A stretch of DNA of 52,586 bases from Catajapyx aquilonaris (GCA_000934665.2 JYFJ02005392.1:1-52586), one strand, 5' to 3'; shown: positions 1 through 12,387, counted from the first letter of the stretch. Notes: generated by a model not told the origin, from the sequence alone. Made by a program: numbers and translations.

Positions 1-100
1 AACTCTATCCACATAAGTATCCTCCGTCCGACCCGGGGATCGAACTCGGGACCTTAGAGGTGGAAGGCTGCGGCGCTAACCACTCGGCCACCGTGTCACC
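1..100 (-). mobile_element. tRNA-derived SINE head (family A), cut by the window edge
   Basis: Reverse strand: A box TGGCCGAGTGG, B box GAGTTCGATCCC, followed by a non-tRNA body. Confidence 0.8.
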
Positions 101-158
101 TATAATTATAAATACTAAACGTAAGTTACACCTACTCCTGTAATCCTCAGAAATAAAT

Positions 159-295
159 CGTCCATAAAGTAATGTACGTCAAGCTGCTTTTGGTAGGGGG
201 TAGTATGGGTTGACTCAAGCGTGACTATGCCTGACGTGGGGTACGGGGGTTAAAAAAGCCGACGATCAGCGTGACGTACTTTATGGCACGTCCAC
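159..295. mobile_element. Degenerate short MITE, PIF/Harbinger-like termini
   Basis: cgtccataaagta..tacgtca is inverted relative to tgacgtactttatggcacg. Confidence 0.5.
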
Positions 296-434
296 AAAGT
301 ATATGTGACACTAACGCTGTAGGCCCTACACTATGACATCATGCAACACAACATTAGGATTTTCGCCAAATCGGTTTGAACTTTGAAGTTATAATCCTAC
401 TTAGCCTACGAGTTTCTCCTTATTATAATTATAC

Positions 435-858
435 CAGGGTGTATCTGAACTCAGTGCCCCGACGTATATGACTGCCTTCCTAGCCATCAGAGGATCGATT
501 TAAGTATAGGAATCATTATGTTTGGCCGCCGCATTACGGAGATAATTGGCCGCAAACATGTAGTACAAAATATCCTGTCGGTTAGGCCACCCATCGAACC
601 CTCCCCCAGTCAGAAGGCTCTGGAAGGTCTGGGGGCGGGACTTTGTTGGTTTGTTGCCCACAGGTGGTAAGGCCTCTTTGGCTAGTTACACCAGAAAATT
701 CTATTTAAAAGTCAGAAGGAGCGATTAGGCAAAAATCGCTTAAGAGTGTATCTCAGTAATGAGGCTGCCCACACATATGACTCCTATACTTAAATCGATC
801 CTCTGGTGGCTAGGAAGGCAGTCATATACGGCGGGGCACTGAGTTCAGATACACCCTG
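435..858. mobile_element. Tc1/mariner-type MITE with ~85-bp TIRs
   Basis: cagggtgtatctgaactcagtgcccc... and ...ggggcactgagttcagatacaccctg followed by TA. Confidence 0.9.
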
Positions 859-1029
859 TATAATGCCTTGATAAAACCACACATGCTATCGCTCTCATAC
901 ATCACTGAATATGTTGTGTAAACACTACTATGAAGGCTGGCAGTTCTGCTATAGATCTATACCATACACCATCATCATTAGTTTCTGAATCTATAATATT
1001 AAAATGCTTGCGTTGCTTGACCGAGCCCT

Positions 1030-1359
1030 CTGATTGGTCCGCCCCCGTATTGTTGCCACCACCTCTTCCTATTGGCCCCCGTCCATTGTTGCTGCGACGT
1101 ATCCATGACGCGTTGTTACCATGACGCCTCCGATTGGCCCCCGTTCTGGGCATGCGCAGTGGGGGTGGAACACGTCCAGTTGCCTGCTGACCTCCTTGGC
1201 AGAAGGTCGCTTTTTTCCGTCTCTCCCGCCGCCGTCATCGTCACCTGCCAGACCTCTTCCCCTTCCCCGTTACCTACTACCCTCCCTGTCCCCCCTTCGC
1301 CGCGGGTATAGCTGGTTATTGAAAAATGGCCGTATGCACTGGCCTGGAGAAATGTAAGT
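1030..1359 (+). promoter_or_regulatory. CpG-rich Pol II promoter with candidate first exon ending at donor 1354
   Basis: Three ATTGG (CCAAT) boxes near 1033, 1071 and 1133; GC box ccgcccc near 1039; NRF1-like gcatgcgca near 1150; pyrimidine-rich stretch; YY1-like aaaatggccg near 1323; consensus donor gtaagt at 1354. Confidence 0.6.
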
Positions 1360-3288
1360 TCGAAATTCTAACCTTAGCATTAGGCCTACTGATCGGACTG
1401 CTTCGGATGTGCGCGCGTAGGCCTACCCATGCGCGGTGCTTTCACAGATGGGAAGTACAGTACACTGTCTTCGAGGCACTTCCTTCGGTGCAGTGTCGGA
1501 AACTGACTACCGTCGAATGCGTCGAATCGAACGTAAGAAGGCGGGTTGCAAATATCACGCGTTCGAATTATCAGCCAGGAACGTACTATATTGTTGGTTT
1601 TCCAGTTGTGGGCAGGTTGTTTATACAGTCAGTGAAGTTGATGAAGGACAATTTTTTGAGTCGCATCTTGTTCAAGAACGATAGTTTTGTTAAAACTTTA
1701 ACTGCGCGCAACAGTGTAATGTTCCATTTGCAGTGTTGCCACATTGTGCAAGTAGGATTCATGCCTAACCTTCAGCAGATACACGCCCGGGAGTAGCCAA
1801 TCGGAGTCGACCGTGACATCAGACATTGACGACTCTCTCCCTCGAGTCTCTCTAACTCCTGGCACAAAAAATACCAGGAGAGTGAATATTATTTCCAGGA
1901 GTTCGAGAGCCAGAAGAATGACCTATGCATGCATTAGGATTAATATCAAGGTCCAGAACAAACGTTGACTCTGGAAATTTCTGTGGGTTCATGACATCCC
2001 TTCATGCCATGGAATCACAGTTATTTCAAAACATTCAAGCTATTTTGTGACATAGAAAAATGAGCCAGGAGTGTGAATGCAAAATGTGCCACATAACTGA
2101 ATTTAAAACGCCTTAATTTTTTAATCCACTAGAAGACGTATCCCTTGCACATCAATATGTAGTTAAATCAAGGTGTCATGGAGAAGCAGTGTTGCCAAAT
2201 AACTGAGTAAAAATTTATTTGTTTCACTGCAAATTTTAAAATAATATCCTGATCCAGGAGAGTAAAATGAAAATTCCGGACACACTTTGGAGTGATGCAG
2301 CAAGGTCATGTCAAATGAATAAATCGTTTTAAAAATGCTGTTTTATACCTTCAACTATGTACCATTTAATTATAGTATTGAAACTTGTCTAATGTTAATG
2401 ATAAAATTGTAAGAAAATATAGCATGCTTTAAAATGAGATCGGAACACGCCAAGAATAGTGATTTTAGGCCCTTAGACATTTTTTGCAGTAAAACTTAAT
2501 TTAATATATTTCTTTGTTTTCATGGGGATGGCTAGGTGTCAACTGCTTCTACAAATGTTTAAAAAATCAACTCTCTCAGTCAAGCCATTTTTGAGTTATT
2601 ATGGCGGGACATGGTATTGGTAAGTTTTTGGAGAATCACCCATACATGACTCATCGACTACTTAGGTCCAGAGCACGTGTTGGAACAAGGTGCTCAACGT
2701 GGAATGGTGAAAGTGGGTGTGTCACCCGATATGTTACCATAACTTTTTATCCGGTCCAGATGTGCAGTGCCAGTTGTCAAGGGATTTTATTTATTTTTTT
2801 TACCATGGAGATCTTCATCAGGTGTGTTCTTGATGTCCAATGTAGAGAAATAATCCAGGTAAATACCATTTTCATAAGCAGCTTCTTGTGTAGAATATTT
2901 TTATATTATATACACAATGCTACTTATATTATATTACATTATATTAAAATAAGTGTGTTTCAAAACGAGTTTCCTCGCCAAGATATTACAGCAGTATATG
3001 AGGGAAAACACGATGACAATATTGTAGGTCATTAATACTCATTATCAAAACCAGACTACCTTACTTTGTCAAAAGTGTATTAATTCCTGGTTACAGGCAT
3101 CAACACAAGGCTAAATTCGTATTTACAACATACGGAACGTTTTCACCTCGAGTCCACCTCCCATTGGGCAAGGTCACCTCAGGGGCCATAAAGAGACTCA
3201 CTAAATCTGAAATAATTATTATATTCCTGTTTTTTGAAGTGTTCGACCGGAAGAAGGTAGCCTGGTTTTGATAATATTATTATACCTA

Positions 3289-3473
3289 CACTGTATACCG
3301 CAAAACATTAAAAGAGCATCACTGTAACATCAATTTTTAATGCTCTTGTGATGCTCCTGTGATGCTTTTTTGTTGCTGAAAAGCATCACAAGAGCATTAG
3401 CAGAGCATTAAAAATTGATGTTCCATGAGAGACTCACCAGAGATGCTCTTTTTATGTTTTGCGGTTTACAGTG
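3289..3473. mobile_element. Palindromic (foldback) MITE, TA-flanked
   Basis: TA-cactgtataccgcaaaacat... and ...atgttttgcggtttacagtg-TA; nearly the whole element is self-complementary. Confidence 0.85.
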
Positions 3474-3564
3474 TATTCTAAATAAAATTGCTTTACCTAT
3501 AGTGACACAATTATAATTTGCCATTGTAAAATAAGAAAATATGTCGATTTATAATTTTAAAATT

Positions 3565-3920
3565 GGGGGAGGTGTGGTGGCCGAGATGGTAACGTCTCGG
3601 CTTGCTGAGTGAAAGGCCCCAGGTTCGATCCCCGCCTGGGGAACTTCCTTTCACCTGCGTCGGGAGGGTCTCTGACCTGCACCTTGGCGGTGTCTGGCAA
3701 CCTAACCTCCTGGGGGACTGCACATGGCCCAAAGGTTTAAGTTTAAGACATTGCACCTGCACAAGTGTCCCCTCCCCGACAATCCCTATCCTTTCCCAAT
3801 GTCCCTGTTTCCTTGCACCGGAGAAAGAAGCTGAAAAGTATATAGAAAACTGATGGTGGTGTGCCACCCCCCTATAGATCCCGTAAGAGACATCACGGGG
3901 TAAACAAAATAATAAAAAAA
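3565..3920 (+). mobile_element. tRNA-derived SINE family B, full length
   Basis: A box TGGCCGAGATGG, B box GGTTCGATCCC, A-rich tail; second copy at 8461-8787. Confidence 0.9.
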
Positions 3921-5647
3921 CACCTTTAAAATTACTTTTTAAAGGGCATAAATGCCTGAGATATGAGGTCATTCAGTCAAAGGGGTACTCACGTCGCGTC
4001 GGTGTATACCGGTGTATACACTATACAGTATACGAGTGGTATGCATAAGAATAATCGGGTTTTTAAAAGTTCTGACTTACGTCACCAATGCTGTCATTAC
4101 TAAGAAAGCGTCAATAACAGTGGCAACGAAGGTGGCGTCAGGTATACAGCTCTGAGTAGCCCCTCCACTAACCGTGATGTTAGATTATTTTCACTTGAGC
4201 AGATTCGTTCAGTTCTCGCAGCCGCGAATAGTTCTTCATATCCCAATATACGTACAGTACGTACAAGTTTCTGCATCCGTATACTCATCGCTACAGATCA
4301 CGATAACCAACCGACCCGACTTCGACGCCTCCCCCGTCCTATACCGGTACCTCTTGTGATATGAGCGAAAGTTACTCTTCACATTGTCCTCACGTCCTCA
4401 CGTCCTCACGTTATCACGTTATCAATAATGCGGGGTTTATCCGTCGTTTATCATTACCAGAGATTATGAAAATGTACCGTATATATTGTGCAATGAAAAT
4501 GTGCGTTTTGGAGCCATACATTAAAAGATGATGAAGAGGTGCTGACCAAAGAGCGCTAGATTCATAACCCAGTTTTGCGGTATGTAGTTACCTATGACAT
4601 CATAATATACGCATACCGTATATTGTACAGTACCTGTTTGTTTGGTTAAAAGTGCTATAGATGATGTGTAGCTATATTAATTATGCAGTATATTACTCAA
4701 AGCATACCTCTGTTGTCTCCAAAATGAATGAGATTCGATTACTGCGTCCAAAATACCGACAGCGTGTAGACGTGGCTCAGTCTGGGATCGTGCTCTATAT
4801 CCATCCATGCATTAGAATCTCATTAGGCTTTCTAATTAGATTGTTGCAGTACGCGGTCAGTTTTGCGAAGGAAGACTGAGTGCGTGCAAGGCGCGAAATT
4901 TCCTTTCATCCTTCTACGCGTACATGTGTTAAACATGGTACTCTATTGGCATTGATTATTTTTCAGTTGTATACTGTAGTTCAGTATGTCTCCGATGCAA
5001 GCCTATATGCAAGACAGAAATTTTTTAAACTATGACCCAATCGATTTAAGAATAATTAGGCAAATATTGACACTAATGCTACCTTAATAAGAGCAGGACA
5101 TTCACTACTGACCTAATTCAAAAGGATGGAAGAGAGGGGTGCTGGCTGGGTGCTGGTGACACCATGTCGATTTTGTAAAAGGAGGGCATTATTTTCTTAC
5201 TTAATTTGTAACTTAACCATGATTCTTTTGGTACATCATTATGGTGACAGTATAGCATTGTAATCAGGTCACAGCTGTCATATACTCCAGCAGCACAGTA
5301 TAGGCATATGAACCAGGTCTTCCTGGTTTTTAAGTGACGTCACATAAGTTATTATGGTCTGGCATTGGGTGAAAACCTTCAAGAGCTTGCAGTGAACTAA
5401 GGATCGCAGGAGGGTAATAATTACATCTCAACTCACAAATCAGTGTAGTATAGTGCAATGGGTTATGGGTTGCATCCAAGCCAGGATAACCCGCGACGAT
5501 CCTTGTTTGGGCCATAGTAATACACATCCACTACCTAACATGAAGTACGAAGCTTTAGCCCTCTGGTGTAATACCGTGGAGATATGTATCATGTTGAAAA
5601 TGAGGCTGGGAGCAAAATAAACTCCATTTCTTTATTTCGGGGTCGAA

Positions 5648-5650
<3 letters not shown>

Positions 5651-5726
<76 letters not shown>

Positions 5727-5735
5727 TATAATAAT
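5651..5735. repeat. (AAT)n microsatellite, the expanded SINE tail
   Basis: About 25 perfect AAT units. Confidence 0.97.
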
Positions 5736-6066
5736 CCGGGGTAGTGCTTGACCTCATCTGAGGTATGCAGCACGGACCTTTATTTATTATGTCAAGTACT
5801 GTACATTTGGAGCCTTTATACGTAGGGCCCGGGCGCACAGGCAGGATGACAGGAGGGGATGTGCAAGGTGCAGTGCATCTGACGCTGTGGCCATTTTTAG
5901 TGAACTCCCCCGGGTGGTTTAGTCTGTGGAAATACCACCCGAGACGAAGCCAGAGGTGACCCTGAACTCTGCACGAGATGAAGGGCGTGTCCCCGGGTTG
6001 GGATCGAACCCGGGACCTTAACATCCGTGGGCGCATACGTTACCGCAGCACCACTCCGCCTCCCCC
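5653..6066 (-). mobile_element. tRNA-derived SINE family C, full length, (ATT)n tail, 15-bp TSD
   Basis: B box GGTTCGATCCC on - strand; TSD cggggtcgaaattaa at 5638-5652 and 6067-6081; second copy at 8825-9163. Confidence 0.93.
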
Positions 6067-6096
6067 CGGGGTCGAAATTAAAACCTGCCAATAGTA

Positions 6097-7455
6097 AGGG
6101 GTGCTGAAAGACGTACCTTCGGTGTTGGATATGGATAGAGTGGTTCTAAGCGATCATTTTAAGCATAGGCATTGTGGGTCTCCGCAGCATAGTTACCGAG
6201 ATATGAAATCTCCGCAGCATAGTTACCGAGATATGAAATAAAGAGTCAATAATACCAGCTTCTATGTCGCGGACACAGCCTGCGACCAAAGAGCTTATAC
6301 TAGGAAGAGTGGAAAAAACAGCTGGTAGCATAGCAACCGTGTCGCCAATCGACTGACCTGCCACCTGGCGAGTCGACAGCGAAACTCGATACTGTATTGT
6401 ACAATACGGTAGATCGAGGCAGTGCCGGAAATATGGCAATAAAAGCCACAGAGGTTGGAAATAAGCTATAAGCACTCGTATACTCTCGTTGGTGTAAAAA
6501 TTGACGACAAAACACGATGTAGAAGACCTGTGAATAGAATACCATCACGAAAAGCAAATTGTTTGCCGGAAGTTTATTGCCACTACAATAATCCCACACT
6601 CTGCGCTATACAATACACACCACGGTAGGCTACTGTACACACTGGTCATGATGCTGAACGTGGTCATGACAGGAAGATGTACCCCCCGCTGCTATGTCCA
6701 TCTTGTGGCGGGACGGGCTTGTTCTTCTATACCGTGAACTCGAGAGCCGTGGAGGGTCCTTTGGTAATAAAAAGAATGCGATCCGAGACCCCGTGCGCGA
6801 ACAGCAGTAGTAGCACTCGGCACCCAACCCCCGATCGTCTACGCCCCACTATGCCGGCCTTGGAACTGGTTCCATTTCAAAATTCGAACGTGATTTCTAA
6901 GCAACGAGGTGATTATTTGGATTGTTAGGTGCAGCGTGGGAAGCTGCGCAGAATATCAGTTTCGGGTCCAAAATTAGTTCCTTAACCCCATACGACCTCA
7001 TATTGGTCAGTTTTTAGATTGATAACTCTTAATTATGTGCCTCTTGATATTAAATACACACATTTTATTGAAATTCATCTCGACAGCACTCGACCGTGGC
7101 GCCGCGTAGTGAGCTAACAGCAAAACACGTTGGCCAAACAACTGGCCAAAAAGTGGCGACGCTTGGAAACCGTTTCTTCCACTCTTCCTAGTATAAGCTC
7201 TTTGCCTGCGACACTTCATCGTTTATGGTATTATCTGCTACACCTATTGGGATCGTGTCTTATATTGCATGGGAAAACCTCCAAATAAGATCGCATGGAG
7301 GGACGCAAGCCAGGACGTTTTATACCTGTACATTGTGTTTGAAGCACATTATCTCGATAACTATGCTGCGGAGATCCATGATGCCTATACTTAAAATGAT
7401 CACCTAGAACCCCTCCATCATTCATTAAAGTTTCGGTGCGTTTTTCCGCATCCTA
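6097..7455. mobile_element. Degenerate non-autonomous DNA element with two pairs of inverted repeats
   Basis: 6142-6205 inverted to about 7348-7411; 6287-6321 inverted to 7171-7204; internal 28-bp tandem duplication at about 6179-6238; outer ends approximate. Confidence 0.65.
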
Positions 7456-7718
7456 TGTCTACAGCGAGCAGTACAGGGTGATCCCAAATACTACTTGTTC
7501 GATTACTGTTGCGATTTGTGCACTAAGCTGCAGTTACTCAGAAATGGCTACTTTCAGTAGTTAGCCCAATATTTGCTACTAATATTAGGCCGAATTATAA
7601 ATCACCTATGCAAGCTCTGAATATGTTGGGAATGGCCGATTTGAGAAATCGTATCGAACGCCATTAATAGTACCTTTTTTTGTTATGGGCCAATACAACC
7701 TAGTTTTAGTATCCAATG

Positions 7719-8424
7719 CAGGCAAACCTCGATATAACGCTCTTCAAGGGACAGCCCAAAAGTAGCGTTATATGGGGGAAATGCGATTTAATTCACCCTT
7801 TTCTCAGAAAGTGAATGCCTTCACTGTTGCTATGTAGAATGAATCATATAAACCATGTTAACCTGAACAACTGACCTGCTGACGTACCAGGTACAGTCTT
7901 TCCCGAAAGTGTAGGACCATCTCCATCCAGTGTATAAGGTACAGTTGAAAGCGTCTTCAAAAGAGCTATAAAACAAAAAAGGAACGGTCTTCCTCGGTTC
8001 CACGGAAGCGGAGGCTTTAATTGTTTTGTCTTTAAAAATTACCGACAAAAACCTACAAATTTATGACAGGAAATAAACTCCGAACAACAAAAAAATCCCC
8101 AAAAATGTTATTAAAAATCTGTAGCCGAATTAGATTTTTTTCCCCAAGTTGCGTCACTTATAGGCTACTCACTTTCCTCCCCATAATCGCGGTTATGGGG
8201 AGGAAAGTCACGGAAATTGACGTTATATAGACGGGATAAGTAAGTTTCTCTGGGGACCAGGGAAATCCAGTGGTATATAAGGGAAAGGGTTAAAATCGGG
8301 AAGCGCTATAAGCGGGAATTTACCATTGGGCCAGGGCTGATCAAGGGACCGGGAAAAATGGCGTTAAAAGCGGGATAGCGTTACGCGTATAATTATGCGG
8401 TAGCGTTATATCGAGGTTTTACTG
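7719..8424. mobile_element. pogo/Tigger-like MITE
   Basis: caggcaaacctcgatataacgc and gcgttatatcgaggttttactg TIRs; internal gcgttata subterminal repeats. Confidence 0.75.
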
Positions 8425-8460
8425 AATATTTTTAATTTAATTTTATTAATTTTTTTACGT

Positions 8461-8787
8461 TACCCCGTGATAAGGCGGAGCCTTTGTAGGGGATGTGTGG
8501 CACACCACCATCAGTTTTCTAGTAACTCTGTACTATTTTTCTTCGCAGGGACATGGGTAAGGATAGGGATTTTTGAGGAGGGAACATGTGGTGCAAGTGC
8601 AAGGTCTGTAAAGGGGTCTTGTGCTGTTCCCCAGGAGGTTAGGGTGCCAGACAGAGACACCTCCAAGGTGCAGGTCAGAAACCCTCCTGACGCAGGTGAA
8701 AGGAAAACTCCCCAGGCGGAGATCGAACCTGGGGCCTTTCACTCAGCAAGCCGAGACGTTACCATCTCGGCCATCTACACCTCCCCC
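8461..8787 (-). mobile_element. tRNA-derived SINE family B, copy 2
   Basis: Reverse-complement homolog of 3565-3900; T-rich tail at about 8429-8460. Confidence 0.9.
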
Positions 8788-8824
8788 AATCTCAATATTT
8801 TTTTAAAAAAAATATGTAATTTTT

Positions 8825-9163
8825 AATAATAATCCTTGGGTAGTGCCTGACCCTCTTAGGGTATGCGGCACGGACCTTTATTGTACCTTTATTGTACATA
8901 CAGTGGAACCTGATTTTTGAACCGCCCGGGCTCACGGGCAGGATGACAGGAGGGGATGTGCAAGGTGCAGTGCAATGTCTTAAACGTGGCCATTTTTAGT
9001 GAACTCCCCCGGGTGGTTTAGTCTGTGGAAATACCACCCGAGACGAAGCCAGAGGTGACCCTGAACTCTGCACGAGATGAAGGGGGTGTCCCCGGGTTGG
9101 GATCGAACCCGGGACCTTAACATCCGTGGGCGCATACGTTACCGCAGCACCACTCCGCCTCCC
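8825..9163 (-). mobile_element. tRNA-derived SINE family C, copy 2
   Basis: Direct homolog of 5737-6064; short (AAT) tail. Confidence 0.92.
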
Positions 9164-11419
9164 TTAATCTAAATAATTGTAGCTATCCATATTGTGAATA
9201 CCAATATCCAGACCACGTTAAAAGCAATTCGGTTTATTTTAGAAAAATATCAAGTTGTCAAAAAAAATGCTACTGTATATATTTATGGGATTTACTCTAT
9301 CGCGAACCATGCATAATTCACATTTGAAAGACACATTTCACATTTGAATAGCCCATGACATCCCTCCCTGGTAAATATTAAGATTTGAGCTTGATATTTA
9401 ACTTTGAGCAAATCCATCATTAATTTTCAAATTTTCGATAATGTGACCGATTTCAAAGCCGTAAAAAAATTTATTTCCATTTTCTTTGCTGGAAACTATT
9501 TGCCCGATATTGCATTGGATTCCTATAATGTTCCTAATTTTTCGATGTGTACAATTTGCTCGGTTTGGATCACTTCGTCCAAGATATCGTGAGATCTAAC
9601 CTGCCTAGATAGTCACTCCTGACCTCTATGTACTGTACACCCATGATTTTTTCCCCCCACCAAAATCCGAGACGGTCAGGTGCCAACTACAACGTGACAG
9701 TCCCCCTACCAACGGGCTAATCCCTTAAACCCACTGTACACCAGTGTGTAAGTCGAGTAAAGTCCGGATAATTTCCCCATCTTAACTAGTAAACATTCCT
9801 TACAGCCACCTTTGACCCACTGAATAACCATGACCAAGTGGACGTCACAAAATGTCCCCATACCATTTAGTTAGTCCCCATCACGTATCCATCTCCAGAA
9901 TAACCCAACCTTTGAACCCTACACCCAAAGAAGTTTTCACCCACCCCAAAAAATTTTGACCAAGTTGTTCCACATACTGATAAAAGGGATAGTTGAGTCA
10001 AGTGCACTATGGGGCATATATCTGCATCGATCCGAAAATGGGGGAGGGAGGTTGTGGGATGGTTGAGGGGGGGGCTTTAGAGGAGGAAAGAGGTTGCGCG
10101 GGTGTGGGTGGGGCCATGGATGGAGCCGATGGGGAGGGAGGTGGGGGGAACTGACGTAGGCGGCAGTTGGCAGCCAGGCCTCGACACAGTGCACCCCACT
10201 TACTGACGCCTCCCACCCACCCCTTCCTCCCACTACCCCACATATATATATTTTTTTCTATCCACACTTCGCACCCTTACTAGGACAAACCATGTGAGAG
10301 GACACCGTGGGGCGGCGCTGCTATTCGGTAAGTCAAAAGAGGAGGGTTATATAGGGTCACTGCGTTATGAAAGGCTTAAAAGGGTGTATGTGCTGGATGT
10401 TGGCGCGCGCGCGCGCAAAAATTGGGTTTATTTCTGCACTATCCTACCGTCTTTTGTTTTTCTAACTAAACCACACGGACCAACTTATCTGTACCAACTA
10501 CATGGATTTCACGTGCTGGCATGTGAAAAGAGTTTGCCGGTGTATCGCACATGTCAGCATGTGTACAAAAAATGTTTGGAGAATATTTGCGACTGATTTG
10601 ACCTCGTGGACTGTGCCAAAAGTCATGTGGTGGGACGGTATAAATACGCGTAACAATCGTGGAGATAACCTTGACATTCGGTATCCTTGTTGGCGCCACC
10701 TGAGTCAGCGGTACGGCTAAATGTTCCGATCACTTTGCTCTGTGTGGGGGTGGCCTGGTCGCGAAATTCCGAAGAGGGATGCCAATTTTTACTCTTATGT
10801 CAGCTGATGATACGGAGCAGACTGGATTATCTACTCAAACATGAATGGAAGGGAAAGTTAACGCTATCGGAATTCAGAATCGATGTTTCGTACAATGGGT
10901 GTACAATGAACCGACTATGCGGTATAGCGGTATGGACGAAAAGATAGCCGTGAGTTTCGCCGAAGTAGCATCAAACGTATTAAGTTTCTGACCTATTCGA
11001 TAAATAATCGTCGAGGGACTTTTCTTACATCTTCTCTGCCGGTATATCAATTATTAGTCTATACTAGAATATTGTGTTGGTATCGTAAAATTCTCACCAT
11101 GGCATTATGTTCGATCGCTTTCTCAAAATGGTTGTATAGAGACACTTTGGTTGCTTGGGTATTTTTTTAGCAGCAATAAACAAGGGGGAAAACAAAGCCA
11201 ATATTATTCCTGAATATAACAAATAAGCAAATGGATAAGTGTGAAGCTATAGAGCATCTGGTGTGACTATATACATAGCCTATACATTTTGCGAGTATTA
11301 TCAAGGCGATAATAACATCACGAAACTGCGCTGATAAAGTTTGATGTTTACAGATATTGGAAAAATATGGTATCATACTTATTCTAAGATTACATATTAG
11401 TTATTCTCACATCTTTATA

Positions 11420-11833
11420 TAGGGTGCTCCAATTGAAATGTTCCCATTGGTTACCGATTTTTGGGGCTAAAATTCTGCTTTTAAAGTAATTAAATTGATG
11501 AGTTACTTTTCGTCGCTATCAAAATGTATCAGCTGCTAATATTAGGTTGCATGAACGCATCCTGTTTAGCACATTCAAAAAATCTGTTCTGTAATAATTG
11601 ACGTTTGCTGTCAACTATTGTTTCAATGTTGCCTATTGTTTCAATGGACATCAGAATCCCCATCTGAAATTTATTGCGGTTAAGAGCTTGGACAGATGAT
11701 TCAATTGGGCCTAATATTAGCAGCTAATACCTTTGATAACCCTTGCAAATAACTACTCCAAAGTAACTGCTTGAAAGTAAGCAGCTTAGCTTTCCAAAAA
11801 TCGGTAACCTTAATGAACAATTGGAACACCATG
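11420..11833. mobile_element. Old Tc1/mariner-type MITE, same family as 20901-21289 in opposite orientation
   Basis: agggtgctccaattg...ggttaccgatttttgg is inverted to ccaaaaatcggtaacc...caattggaacacc; shares aagcagttactttggagtagtt with the 20901 copy. Confidence 0.7.
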
Positions 11834-12387
11834 CATATACTTACAGTACCGAAGTAGCGCATATGTTGTTTGTACCCCATATAATACAATTCGTAAGTGA
11901 TGCGGCATCTGCAGCACATGTAATGTACCATAATAGTGTACCATTTAAAAAAATAGTCGATTGACAGAAATGAAAATAGACAACGATTACTGCTTGGTTC
12001 GTGATATGTAAGTCAGTGTTTAATCCTTATGAATTTCCACAACATCTGACCAATTTGCATAAGTCGAATGCTATGTGTAAGCACATGTATTTATGAAAGA
12101 ACCACTTGCGTACAATATTCGGTGTGGTCCATGTCCACTTCGTATAACTGTAAGGAAATATTATGTCCTTACAGTTGTACGCTATCATATGCTTAATTCC
12201 AAACATTTGAACTATTTGAAATAAGTAACTAGGTCAATATTGAGTAAAATGTAGTGTGCTATACTGCGAGTTTTCGCGTTCACTGTAGCTGCACGTTTCG
12301 GGAATGTTCTTGAATGTGCTTTCAGCGTGTAATTAACTTTGGACAGCTTTCCGTGCAGGAATTTGATCTCACAATCCGTTTGTACAA

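Noticed and set aside
1326..1796. 156-aa ORF as a single-exon gene
   Set aside because: It reads through a consensus donor at 1354 and has no recognisable domain.
3565..3640. SINE heads (also 25-100, 5990-6064, 8715-8787, 9090-9163) as tRNA genes
   Set aside because: They have A/B boxes but no complete cloverleaf or adjacent terminator, and they run into repeated bodies with tails.
5555..6036. ORFs with poly-Ile and poly-Leu
   Set aside because: These are translations of the (AAT)n SINE tail.
6179..6238. 28-bp direct repeat as CRISPR-like
   Set aside because: Two adjacent units, no spacers, no cas genes, eukaryotic context; a simple tandem duplication.
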